Shown: piece after piece, positions 27,147 through 36,507 of the stretch
Numbering within the stretch: position 1 is the first letter of the stretch
Layout: every line of letters begins with the position of its first letter
NCBI GenBank assembly: GCA_044223005.1
Contig: JBGAML010000018.1
Location: 1 to 64,000, forward strand
Length of the DNA: 64,000 nucleotides
Reading direction: 5' to 3'
Source of the DNA: Candidatus Eiseniibacteriota bacterium
Lineage (GTDB): Bacteria > Eisenbacteria > RBG-16-71-46
Notes under the pieces: model-generated
What the model saw: only the letters and a program-made list of their open reading frames with translations
What the model was told of the DNA's origin: nothing
The model's database searches: none
Program-made: the position numbers and the translations under genes

Positions 27147-30100
27147 CGCACCACCGCCACTTTCCGCAGCACGCGCTCGTGCCGGCCGTCGTCGAACCGC
27201 ACGTCGATCTCCGCGACGTAGACGCCGTTCAGGACCACGTCGCCACGGCCGTTGCGGCCGTCCCAGCGATCGCTCTCGCGCAGACCCGCGGGCAGCGACG
27301 CGTCCTCGAGCAGCGTCGCGACCCGCTGGCCGGCGGGCGTCCAGATGCGCAGCGTGACCCGGCCCGGCGACGGCAGCAGGTAGGCGATCGTCGTGGGCTC
27401 GCGTCCGGCCGCGAACGGGTTCGGGTAATTGAGGACGCTCGCCGCGAACGTGCCCGCGGAGAAACCCGCCACTTCGGTCCACATCGGGAAGCTCGCGCCC
27501 GGATCGGGCAGCACGGCGATCGCGAGCAGCGCGCTGGCGGGCTGGACGACGCCGATGCCGTCCGACGCCCAGCCGACGCGGAAGCGCGCCGGCGTCGTGC
27601 CCGCGCGGGGCCGGAAGCCCAGGCGCAGCACGGCCGAGTCGCCCGGCGCGACCTCGATCGCGGGCGTGAAGACGAGCGTGTCGGTGGTCGCCGACGCGGC
27701 GAGCGCAGCGTGCGCCGCGACCACGACGTCGCCGATGCGGATCTCCGTCCCCGCGGCGACGTCGCCGAGGGCGAGCGGCCCACCGTCGCCGGTGCAGGCC
27801 GAGACGACGACGTGATCGACCGCGATGGGGCCCGTGCCCAGCGGGCCCGGGTGACGGAGCACGAGCGCCGCCGCCGGCACGATCGAGGTGCCCGCGGGCG
27901 GCAGCAGTGCCGGCAGTTCGCTGCGCGCGTGGACGCGCAGCTCGCGTGCCGGCGAGACGACGGTCGCCGAGCCCGAGCCGAACGGCCACGCCGCGGGCGG
28001 CGCCGGCACGACGTCGACCGCCGTCCCGGTGTTCACGTCGCGCGCGGGCACGCCGTGGTCACCCACGCGCAGCTCGAAGCTCCCGCTCGAGGCGTTCGGG
28101 GCGACGTCGACCTCGATCCGCAGCGTGTCGCTCGCCCCCGGGGCGATCGTGATGCCGGCCGCCAGGCGCATCTCGGTGCCGGAAGGATTCGGTTTCGCGT
28201 CGAGCACGACCCCGCGCCGCGACAGGCGGATGGCGCCGAGCCACGACTCGAACGCGAGCACGTGCCCGTCCGGGGCCTGGAGCGCGGTGCGCACGCTGTC
28301 CACGCGCACGCCCGCCGTTCCGGCCGGGGCCGGGTTGGCCAGCACGAGATCGAGCACCGGCAGCTGCATGCGCCCGGCCGCGACCGTCGCGGGCATCCGC
28401 GCGAGCGGCGATGCGGCGAGGCCCGTGGCGGGCGCCTCGACGGCGATCGTGTCTCCGAGCACCGGCGCGGCGACCTGCACCGGCGCGGGATCACCCGTGT
28501 TCACGTCGCGCACGTCCCACTGCGACGTGCGGACGGCGGCGAACGCGAACCGGCGGCCGGCGCCCTGCGCACCGAGGTCGGCCTCGAGCCGCAGCGTCAC
28601 GGGCACGCCCGGCTGGACGATCGGGGCCGGCGCGAGCGTGATCGCGACGTCGCCCGTGTCGGCGCCCGTCGCGTCGTGCTGGCCGATCGTGAGCCCGTTC
28701 GCCACGACGCGCCAGCGCGTCCAGGGCGCGGGCGCGGCCGCGGCGCCCGGCAGGCCGGGCCGCACGATCAGCGAGTTCAGGCGCAGGTCGGCGCTCGTCG
28801 CCTGCGTGCTCGAGTGCGTGATCGTCCACTGCGCCAGCGGTACCGCGAGCTGGCCCGTCGACGCGTGGCGCAGCACCGGCGCCGGCGCGCCGAGCACGAG
28901 CGCACCACCGCCCGCGAGCAGCCGGGCGAGACCGGAGCGCACGGGATAGCTCGCGTCCTGGAGCCGCACCTTCACCGGCCGCGCGCTGATGGCGTCGTCG
29001 GCGACGAAGACCGAACTGTCGTCGATCGCGAGCCGGAAGCTTGGCACCGACGTCGACGCGGCCACGTCGAGCCGCAGCGCGAGCGACACCGAGCTGCCCG
29101 GCGTGAGCGTCACCGGGGTCGCGAGCGGCAGGTCGATCACGTCGCCGCTCGTCTCGAGGTTCGTGCGCCGCAGGTAGAGCGCCGTGCCTTCGCGCACTTC
29201 GATCGCCGACGCGAGCGACGCCGGGACGACCGGCGCGCCGGATTCGTCCTCGAGCCGCACGCGCAGCCGGCGGAAGACGATGTCCGATGAGCTCGCGTCG
29301 CCCGGGTGCTCGAGCGTGAGCGTCAGCGGCACGACGCCCGTCTGCCCGAGGTTCACCGACGACGGCATCGACTGCTGCGCGACGAGCCGCAGGCTGTCGG
29401 CTTCGGTGAACACCTCGTGCGGGCTCGAGTGGGCGACCAGGGCGCGCCGCTCCAGGCTGCTCGTCGCGCCGGTCCCGAGCGCGGTGGCCGCGAAGCGCAG
29501 CGTGCCGGCGGTCACCGAACGCACCGTCCACGTGAACGTCGCGCTCGCGCCGGGCGCGAGGTCGGCGCTCGCGGGCGTCGGGCCCGAGAGCTTCTGCCAC
29601 GCGGCGCTGCCTTCGGGGACGAGTGCTCCGGGTGCGACCGCGTTCACGGTTTCGTTGCCGACGTTGCGCACCGACATCACCACGTCCACGTCCTGCCCGA
29701 TCGTGCTCGAGACGGGGTCGAGCACGAGGCTCGCGAGCAGCGGGCGCGTGCTGAGCACGTGCGCTTCGGGGTTCGCGATCGCGACGTCGAGCGGCCCGTC
29801 GTTCGCCGATTCCAGCTCGAGGCCGCCGATCGGGACGGCCAGCTGCACGAGGCTCGAATCGGAGGTCGCCGGCGCCACCGTGAGGGCGACGTAGTAGCGG
29901 CGGCCGCCGACGGGCACGGCCTCGGAGAGGTAGGCGCTCTGCCACTGACCCGCGAGCGGGACCAGCGCGCCGAGATCGGTGTCGTCGGCCGTCGGGCCGC
30001 CGAACTGCCCGTCGCCGCCGTCGCGGTACAGGTGCAGCGAGGCGATCTCGGCGGGAGCCGCGGTGCCGAGGTTCGCCACGCGCACGCCGCGCAGCACGTC

Positions 30101-33100
30101 GGCACGATCGCCGTCGGAGGGCACGGTGAGGTCCAGCGCGACGACCGGTCCGTCGGACGGCGCGAGCGTGAGGCCGGCGACCGGGTGCAGCGCCACCTGT
30201 GCCGCCACGAGGCCATCGATCGTCGGCGCGTTCGCAGGTTTCGCGGGCCACGTGCCGCCGACGAGCGTCGTCTCGAGGAACTCGACGTCGGAGGCGCTGG
30301 CGACCGCGGCCTGCAGGTGATCGCCGTCCGAGGCGACCGCCGCGTCGAGGTCGGCGGTGACGTGCAGCCGCAGCTGCGCTCCGGCGGGAATCGCGAGATC
30401 GAGCCCGGAGAAGGTCACGCGTCCCGCGGAGAAGCTGCCGATCGCTACGGGCGCCGGCGCGGCGGCCGCGGGCCCGGTGGCGGTCAGCAGCGGCGCCAGC
30501 ACGAGGCGCGCGATCGCGCCGTCGAAGTGTGCCGCGCCACCCGTGCCCCAGGACGTGTTGGTCAGCGTGAGCGCGCGCAGGTGGCGGGTGTCGGCGTAGC
30601 CGTTCGTCAGCACGACGTCGCCGAGCGCGACGTCGCGTTCACCCGCCCACACGGTGCCGCCGGGTCCGTCGGCGAAGGTGACCAGCACGCGTTCGCCGCC
30701 GCCGATCACCGCGGCGCGATCGGACTTCACCGCACCATCGATCGGGCCGCTGTCGCCGCTCGCCATGCCGAGGCCCACGTCGGGCGGTCCCGGGAGCGCC
30801 AGCTGCACGGTGTTCCCGTCCTGCGCTCCCGATGCGACGTCGGCCGTCAGGAAGACGTCGCGGCCGCCCGCCGGTACGTTCACCGCGAGTCCGGTCAGCT
30901 CCCAGCGGTCGCCCGTGAAGGCGAGCGCGCCGATGCGCGCGTCGGCAAGCGTGTCGAGTACGCCGTTGCCGTCGTCCGCCCAGGCTTCGAGGCGCTCGAC
31001 GTCGGTCCCGGCGACGGCCGTCCCGAGATCGAGCAGGTTGAGCCGGAGCAGCTGGTCGGGCGCGTAGCCGTTGGCGGGCACGTGGAGCGTGGCGAGCCAG
31101 CGCCGGTGCGCGCCCGCGAACAGCGTTCCGGTCACCGATCGCAGCGCGACCTGCGCGGCGCTCATGCCGTCCACCGCGAACGCGCGGTTCGCCGGCGCAT
31201 CGGTGCGCGTCGCGGGCCGGCCGGAGCGCAGCACGAGCGCGGCGCCGGAGGCGGCGTCGACGCCCAGCGAGTCGCCGTCGCGCGCGTCGAGCGACGCGGC
31301 GGCGAATACGGAGAACGTGCGCGTGGCGCCCGCGGGCAGCGGGAACGCGAGCCGATCGAACGTCACCTGCTGGTTCGAGGGGATCCCGGTGGCGAGCCGC
31401 AAGCCGGTGGACCCGCGCAGGTCGATCGCCGACCACGAGGCCTCGCGCTGCTTGTCCGTCATCAGCCCGCGCGAAACGTCCGCGAGCACGATCGTGTCGA
31501 GCGTGTCGGCGAACGCGGAGGGATTGGTGACGGTCAGTCGCGCGATCTCGACCGGCGCCGCACCCGGCACCAGCGCCGTCGCCGGGACGGTGGGCATGGC
31601 AACTTGGACGGTGGCCGACGGGTCCGTGACGTGCACGAACGCCGTGTCGGCGAGCGCGCCGGCCCGAGCGATCACGATCGCGGATCCGGCCGCGGTCGCG
31701 ATGAAGCGCCCCGAGCCGTCGATGCCGCCAGCGCCGCCGGCCGCGCTCCAGGTGACGGGGTCGAAGCGGCGATTGCCGTACGCGTCGAGGATCGTCGTCG
31801 TGAACACGAGCGTGTCGCCGACCAGCTTCTCGCCCGTCGCGGGGAGCAGCACGAGGCTCGTCGCCGGCGCCGGATCGACCGCGACGGTCCAGCCGCTCGC
31901 ACCGGTGTGATCGGGATCGCCCGCCGTCGCCACCTGCTCGGGCGAGGCGGTCGTCGTGTCGTCGAAGTAGGTGATGAAATCGGAGCCCAGCGAATCGGCC
32001 ACGGACGGGGCGTCGGCGGTGAAGTCGACGCGCAGCGGACCGATCAGCTGTTGCAGGGTGGTCACCGCCACGGCCGATCCGCTCGTGCTGGCGTCGTGGA
32101 ATGCGACCGGCACGCCCGAGAGCGAGACGCCAGTCACGTGCGGCGCCCCCCAGCCCTTGGGCAGCGCGACGCGGATGCGGTTCACGCCGGTCTCGCCGAG
32201 CCCGACGGTGAAGCCGAGCCGCGCGAGCATCACGACACCCGCGCCGCCGGCGGTGACGCGATGCGGCTCGACCTCGGCTTCGGCCGCGTGCGCCGCGATG
32301 CCGCTTCCCAGCACCGTGGCCGTGAGCGGGATCGTGCCGCCGGTGGGCGCGGCGTTGCCGGTCGCGCGCAGCTCCAGCGTGGTCGCGTACGCCTGCGCCG
32401 CCTGGCCCGCGGGGATCGCGAGGCGCGGCACCAGCCGCACGAGCAGCGCCGCCGTGTCCGCGAGCGCGGTGAGCGGCTTGCCCATCTTCGACCAGGTCGA
32501 ATCGAGGTGGCCCGCGGTGGTTCCGGACAGGTCGCGGCAGGTCCAGCCGAGCGTGGTGTCGGCGGCTCCGCCGCCGAACCGTGCCGAGGGAACCGTGAGG
32601 CCCGCGAACGCCCGGGAGCGGCCTTCGAGCTGGACGTCGGTGTTCGTGACCAGCCGCCACGCGAGCTGGGCGGAGCTCGGCGTCGAGAGCGGCAGCCCCG
32701 TTGCGCCGGGGCTTCCCGCGGCGAACGCGCCCTGCGGATCCACCGGCACCCAGATGATCCGTTCCGCCATCGCGTAGCCGGAGGTCTTGAGCGTGACGGA
32801 TCCCAGCCACGCCTGCAGGACCCAGTTGTTGCCGTCGACGCGCGCCACGCTGCACGGCGAGATCGCGAAACGGATCTTCTGCGCGGTCGCCGCGTTGCTC
32901 AGCGTGTCCACGGCGCAGAGCTCGGGGAGGATCCGCCAGCCCGCCGAGTTGGAGGTGAGGACGCTCCACGCCGGCACCGCGCCCCGCTGCCAGCCGAAGC
33001 GTGCGCCCTGCCACGTGGGCAGGCCCATGCTCGAGGCGGAGCCGTCCGCGAGTGCGAACTCGAGATTCGTCACGTTGCGGAAGCCGCTCGTGTCCGTCAC

Positions 33101-33352
33101 GGAGACGTCGACGAAGAACGTGTCCGCCGGCGACAGCGTCTGGGTCACGGTCCCGTGGACGTCGCGCACGTCGATACCGTTGAGGAGCACGCGTCCCTGG
33201 GTCGCCCACGCCGAGGGTGCGGCGAACGCGAGCGCGGCGCACGCCAGCAGCGCGAACCCGAGGGCGGAGCGCCGTCCCGGGCGGTTCACCTTGGAATTGT
33301 CGCCGCTGCCCCGCCGGCCGTGGCCCGGGACGCGGTCGAGTCGTCCGTGCAT
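27143..33352 (-). CDS. Giant secreted multi-Ig-domain protein with C-terminal FlgD-Ig/T9SS-type domain
   Basis: Signal peptide, repeated beta-sandwich units, C-terminal NYPNPF...WDGRNGRGDVVLNGVY. Start at 33352 or GTG 33289. Confidence 0.88.
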   Translation of the reverse strand: MHGRLDRVPGHGRRGSGDNSKVNRPGRRSALGFALLACAALAFAAPSAWATQGRVLLNGIDVRDVHGTVTQTLSPADTFFVDVSVTDTSGFRNVTNLEFALADGSASSMGLPTWQGARFGWQRGAVPAWSVLTSNSAGWRILPELCAVDTLSNAATAQKIRFAISPCSVARVDGNNWVLQAWLGSVTLKTSGYAMAERIIWVPVDPQGAFAAGSPGATGLPLSTPSSAQLAWRLVTNTDVQLEGRSRAFAGLTVPSARFGGGAADTTLGWTCRDLSGTTAGHLDSTWSKMGKPLTALADTAALLVRLVPRLAIPAGQAAQAYATTLELRATGNAAPTGGTIPLTATVLGSGIAAHAAEAEVEPHRVTAGGAGVVMLARLGFTVGLGETGVNRIRVALPKGWGAPHVTGVSLSGVPVAFHDASTSGSAVAVTTLQQLIGPLRVDFTADAPSVADSLGSDFITYFDDTTTASPEQVATAGDPDHTGASGWTVAVDPAPATSLVLLPATGEKLVGDTLVFTTTILDAYGNRRFDPVTWSAAGGAGGIDGSGRFIATAAGSAIVIARAGALADTAFVHVTDPSATVQVAMPTVPATALVPGAAPVEIARLTVTNPSAFADTLDTIVLADVSRGLMTDKQREASWSAIDLRGSTGLRLATGIPSNQQVTFDRLAFPLPAGATRTFSVFAAASLDARDGDSLGVDAASGAALVLRSGRPATRTDAPANRAFAVDGMSAAQVALRSVTGTLFAGAHRRWLATLHVPANGYAPDQLLRLNLLDLGTAVAGTDVERLEAWADDGNGVLDTLADARIGALAFTGDRWELTGLAVNVPAGGRDVFLTADVASGAQDGNTVQLALPGPPDVGLGMASGDSGPIDGAVKSDRAAVIGGGERVLVTFADGPGGTVWAGERDVALGDVVLTNGYADTRHLRALTLTNTSWGTGGAAHFDGAIARLVLAPLLTATGPAAAAPAPVAIGSFSAGRVTFSGLDLAIPAGAQLRLHVTADLDAAVASDGDHLQAAVASASDVEFLETTLVGGTWPAKPANAPTIDGLVAAQVALHPVAGLTLAPSDGPVVALDLTVPSDGDRADVLRGVRVANLGTAAPAEIASLHLYRDGGDGQFGGPTADDTDLGALVPLAGQWQSAYLSEAVPVGGRRYYVALTVAPATSDSSLVQLAVPIGGLELESANDGPLDVAIANPEAHVLSTRPLLASLVLDPVSSTIGQDVDVVMSVRNVGNETVNAVAPGALVPEGSAAWQKLSGPTPASADLAPGASATFTWTVRSVTAGTLRFAATALGTGATSSLERRALVAHSSPHEVFTEADSLRLVAQQSMPSSVNLGQTGVVPLTLTLEHPGDASSSDIVFRRLRVRLEDESGAPVVPASLASAIEVREGTALYLRRTNLETSGDVIDLPLATPVTLTPGSSVSLALRLDVAASTSVPSFRLAIDDSSVFVADDAISARPVKVRLQDASYPVRSGLARLLAGGGALVLGAPAPVLRHASTGQLAVPLAQWTITHSSTQATSADLRLNSLIVRPGLPGAAAAPAPWTRWRVVANGLTIGQHDATGADTGDVAITLAPAPIVQPGVPVTLRLEADLGAQGAGRRFAFAAVRTSQWDVRDVNTGDPAPVQVAAPVLGDTIAVEAPATGLAASPLARMPATVAAGRMQLPVLDLVLANPAPAGTAGVRVDSVRTALQAPDGHVLAFESWLGAIRLSRRGVVLDAKPNPSGTEMRLAAGITIAPGASDTLRIEVDVAPNASSGSFELRVGDHGVPARDVNTGTAVDVVPAPPAAWPFGSGSATVVSPARELRVHARSELPALLPPAGTSIVPAAALVLRHPGPLGTGPIAVDHVVVSACTGDGGPLALGDVAAGTEIRIGDVVVAAHAALAASATTDTLVFTPAIEVAPGDSAVLRLGFRPRAGTTPARFRVGWASDGIGVVQPASALLAIAVLPDPGASFPMWTEVAGFSAGTFAASVLNYPNPFAAGREPTTIAYLLPSPGRVTLRIWTPAGQRVATLLEDASLPAGLRESDRWDGRNGRGDVVLNGVYVAEIDVRFDDGRHERVLRKVAVVR

Positions 33353-33524
33353 CGTGCACTCCCCCGATCGCTCCCCGAGTCATCGGCATTTCCGGCACCT
33401 GACTTGACGTTCCCAAGGTGCCTGATCGCCGCCACTTCGGGGCTCGCCCGGCGTGCGGGGTGCCGCGCCGCTCGCTATACTCCGCGCCCGAACTCCGGCC
33501 GAATCGCCGAAAGGAACGCCACAC

Positions 33525-34652
33525 TTGAGCCACGTTTCCGATCTTCGCTTCCGCGACCCGCTGGTCGCGGCCGCCCGCGACCGGCTGCTCGCCGGCGAAT
33601 CCCTCACGCAGGAAGAGGGCGTCCGGTTGTTCGACGCCCCGGTGCTCGAGCTGGGCCGTCTCGCGAACGCCGTCGCGCGCGACCGCCACGGCGACCGCGT
33701 CTACTTCACGGTCAACCGCCAGCTCAATCCCACGAACGTCTGCGTGCTCGCGTGCAAGTTCTGCGACTACGCCAAGAAGCACGACGATCCGTCCGCGTAC
33801 ACGATGACGCGCGAGCAGATCGAGTCGCACGTGGACCCCGAGATCCACGAGATCCACATCGTCGGCGGCCTGCACCACAAGTGGCGCTTCGACGACTACC
33901 TCGACGTGATCCGCTGGGTGAAGGCGAAGAAGCCGAGCCTGAGCGTGAAGGCCTACACCGCGGTCGAGGTCGACTTCTTCTGCCGGCTCACCAAGAAGCC
34001 CGCGGACTGGGTGCTCACCGAACTGCGCAACGCCGGGCTCGACGCGCTGCCCGGAGGCGGTGCGGAGGTGTTCAGCGAGCGCGTGCGCCGCGAGCTCTTC
34101 CACCAGAAGATCGGCGGCAAGCGCTGGATGGAGATCCACGAGACCGCGCACCAGCTCGGGATCCCGAGCAACGCGACGCTGCTCTACGGCCACATCGAGA
34201 CGCGCGCCGAGCGCGTGCAGCACCTGATCGACCTGCGCGAGCTCGAGCGCCGCGCGCCCGGGTTCCTCGCGTTCATCCCGCTCGCGTTCCAGCCCGGCGT
34301 GACCGGGCTCGTGCGCCGGCAGGCGTCGGCGATCGAGGACCTGAAGACCATCGCGATCTCGCGGCTCGTGTTCGACAACGTGCCGCACGTGAAGGGCTAC
34401 TGGGTCATGCTCGGCCAGGACACGGCGGCGGCCTCGCTCAACTACGGCGCCTCCGACCTCGACGGCACGATCGGCCAGGAGAAGATCGCGCATGCCGCGC
34501 TGGCCAAGAGCCCGGTGGGCATGGCCGAGGCCGGCATGGTGCAGATGATCCGCGAAGCGGGAAAGCTGCCCGTCCAGCGCGACGCGCTCTATCGCGTGGT
34601 GCGTGAGTACGGGCGTCGCGACGAACCCGCGGCGACGGCGGCGGTGGCGTGA
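33525..34652 (+). CDS. mqnE: Aminofutalosine synthase MqnE (radical SAM)
   Basis: NPTNVCVLACKFC, EIHIVGGLH, VKAYTAVEV, PGGGAEVF, FIPLAF, HVKGYW. TTG start after AAGGA; TATACT at 33476. Confidence 0.9.
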   Translation: MSHVSDLRFRDPLVAAARDRLLAGESLTQEEGVRLFDAPVLELGRLANAVARDRHGDRVYFTVNRQLNPTNVCVLACKFCDYAKKHDDPSAYTMTREQIESHVDPEIHEIHIVGGLHHKWRFDDYLDVIRWVKAKKPSLSVKAYTAVEVDFFCRLTKKPADWVLTELRNAGLDALPGGGAEVFSERVRRELFHQKIGGKRWMEIHETAHQLGIPSNATLLYGHIETRAERVQHLIDLRELERRAPGFLAFIPLAFQPGVTGLVRRQASAIEDLKTIAISRLVFDNVPHVKGYWVMLGQDTAAASLNYGASDLDGTIGQEKIAHAALAKSPVGMAEAGMVQMIREAGKLPVQRDALYRVVREYGRRDEPAATAAVA

Positions 34653-35074
34653 GCGCCGGCACTCCGGACACCAGCGGCAAGCGCGACACGCACGCGCATT
34701 CGCCCGGCTTCCTCAAGCTCGTGGCCGACGCGAGCACGCGCGTGAAGACGATGAGCATCGACGAGTACCGCGCCCGGGTCGTCGCGGGCCAGGCGTTCGT
34801 GCTGGTGGATACCCGCGAGGACCACGAGTGGGCCGCCGGGCACCTGCCCGGCGCGCGGCACCTGTCCAAGGGCATCATCGAGCGCGACGTCGAGAAGGCC
34901 GTGCCCGACCTCGCGACGCCGATCGTCTGCTATTGCGGCGGCGGGTATCGCAGCGTGCTGGTGTGCGAGAGCCTGCAGCGCATGGGCTACACCAACGCCA
35001 TCTCGCTCGACGGCGGCTGGCGCGGCTGGAACGCGCAGAACCTTCCGGTCGAGCGGCCCGACGTCCAGGGCTGA
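34649..35074 (+). CDS. Rhodanese-like protein
   Basis: DTREDHEWAAGHLPGA, YCGGGYRS, LDGGWRGW. Confidence 0.92.
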   Translation: MSAGTPDTSGKRDTHAHSPGFLKLVADASTRVKTMSIDEYRARVVAGQAFVLVDTREDHEWAAGHLPGARHLSKGIIERDVEKAVPDLATPIVCYCGGGYRSVLVCESLQRMGYTNAISLDGGWRGWNAQNLPVERPDVQG

Positions 35075-35144
35075 CGCTCGACCCGGGCAAGAGCGGCCGC
35101 ACATCGCGTTGCGAGACAAAGCGTTGTGCGGCCGATTTTCCAGC

Positions 35145-35174
35145 TTGATACGTGACCATATGGTCACGTATTGT
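35145..35174 (+). promoter_or_regulatory. Promoter TTGATA-18-TATTGT with perfect 24-bp operator palindrome ATACGTGACCATATGGTCACGTAT (35148-35171)
   Basis: Read directly; immediately upstream of an ArsR-family regulator. Confidence 0.85.
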
Positions 35175-35180
35175 GGGGGT

Positions 35181-35939
35181 ATGGAAAAGGTGTTCCGGGC
35201 CCTCTCGGACCGCAGCCGGCGCCGGCTGCTCGACACGCTGCATCGCCAGGACGGCCAGACCCTGCGCCAGCTGGAAGCCGTGCTCGACATGACGCGCTTC
35301 GGGGTCATGAAGCACCTCCGCGTCCTGGAGGCCGCGGGGCTCGTCGTCACCCGCCGCGTCGGCCGCGAAAAGCACCACTACCTGAACCCCGTTCCCATCC
35401 GTCTCGTCCACGATCGCTGGATCCGCAAGTACGAGGAACCACTGGTCGGAGCGATGAGCCACCTCAAGCGCACCCTGGAGGCCATCCCCATGAACGCGCC
35501 GAAGCACGTCTACGAGGTCTACATCCGGACCACGCCCGAGAAGCTCTGGCAGGCGATCACCGATCCCGCGATGACGCAGCAGTTCTTCTACCAGACGGCC
35601 GTGCGCTCGACGTGGAAGGTGGGCGACCCGATCGACCACGTCCGTGCCGACGGCGGCGTGGCGCTGAGCGGCAAGGTGCTCGAAGTGACGCCACCGAAGA
35701 AGCTCGTGCACACGTTCTGCGCCATGCACGACGAGGAGGAGAAGAAGGAGCGCCCCTCGCGCGTCACGTGGGAGATCGTCCCACGCGGGGAGACCTGCCT
35801 GCTGATCCTCACGCACGACGACTTCGACGGCGAGACCAAGACGTTCCACAGCGTGAAGCTCGGCTGGAACCCGGTGCTGAGCGGCCTCAAGACGCTGCTC
35901 GAGACCGGCTCGCCGCTCGTCATCGGACCCCGCAGCTGA
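35181..35939 (+). CDS. ArsR-family HTH fused to SRPBCC/AHSA1 domain
   Basis: FRALSDRSRRRLL, MKHLRVLEAAGLV, YIRTTPEKLWQAITDP, GWNPVLSGLKTLLETG. Confidence 0.93.
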   Translation: MEKVFRALSDRSRRRLLDTLHRQDGQTLRQLEAVLDMTRFGVMKHLRVLEAAGLVVTRRVGREKHHYLNPVPIRLVHDRWIRKYEEPLVGAMSHLKRTLEAIPMNAPKHVYEVYIRTTPEKLWQAITDPAMTQQFFYQTAVRSTWKVGDPIDHVRADGGVALSGKVLEVTPPKKLVHTFCAMHDEEEKKERPSRVTWEIVPRGETCLLILTHDDFDGETKTFHSVKLGWNPVLSGLKTLLETGSPLVIGPRS

Positions 35940-36009
35940 CCCCTGTCGCGCCGGCGGGCGCCGCGACCCTCGCGGCGTCCGCGCCGGCCCCACCCGAACC
36001 GGAGAATCC

Positions 36010-36483
36010 ATGGCTCCCGAACTGCAGGGCTTCGTCCCGATCTTCCGCGCCACCCACGGCATGTTCCACAAGGCGCTCGAAGGCGTCACCGAGGCGCAGG
36101 CGCGCGAGCGCTCCGGTGGCGCCAACCCGATCCTCTGGATCGCGGCGCACGTCGTGTCCGTGCGCGCGAGCTTCGTGCGCGGCTTCGGCGGCAGCGTCGA
36201 GATCCCGTGGGCGAAGCAGTTCCCGCGCGGCGGCAAGGTCGAGGACGTCACCGACTGGCCGACGCTCGCCGAGGTGAAGCGCGCGTGGGACGAGGTGCAC
36301 CCGACATTCATGGCGCGGCTCGAGGCGATGTCGTCCGAAGCGCTCGCGGCCTCGACGCCGATCCCGTCGCTGAGCGACAACCTGCTCGGCTGCGTGGGGC
36401 TCGCGGCGGTGCACGACGCCTACCACGTGGGCCAGCTCGGCATGGCGCGCCGGAACCACGGGCTCGAGCGGATCGTCGGCTGA
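36010..36483 (+). CDS. DinB-family protein
   Basis: NPILWIAAH, HDAYHVGQL. Confidence 0.85.
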   Translation: MAPELQGFVPIFRATHGMFHKALEGVTEAQARERSGGANPILWIAAHVVSVRASFVRGFGGSVEIPWAKQFPRGGKVEDVTDWPTLAEVKRAWDEVHPTFMARLEAMSSEALAASTPIPSLSDNLLGCVGLAAVHDAYHVGQLGMARRNHGLERIVG

Positions 36484-36507
36484 ACGCGCGACGCGCCGCG
36501 CGGCGAC

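Noticed and set aside
29306..34606. 1766-aa plus-strand ORF and the overlapping 1284-aa minus-strand ORF (30639-34493)
   Set aside because: Arg/Gly-rich shadow frames of the giant secreted gene and mqnE. Long spurious ORFs are expected at this GC content and these have no motifs.
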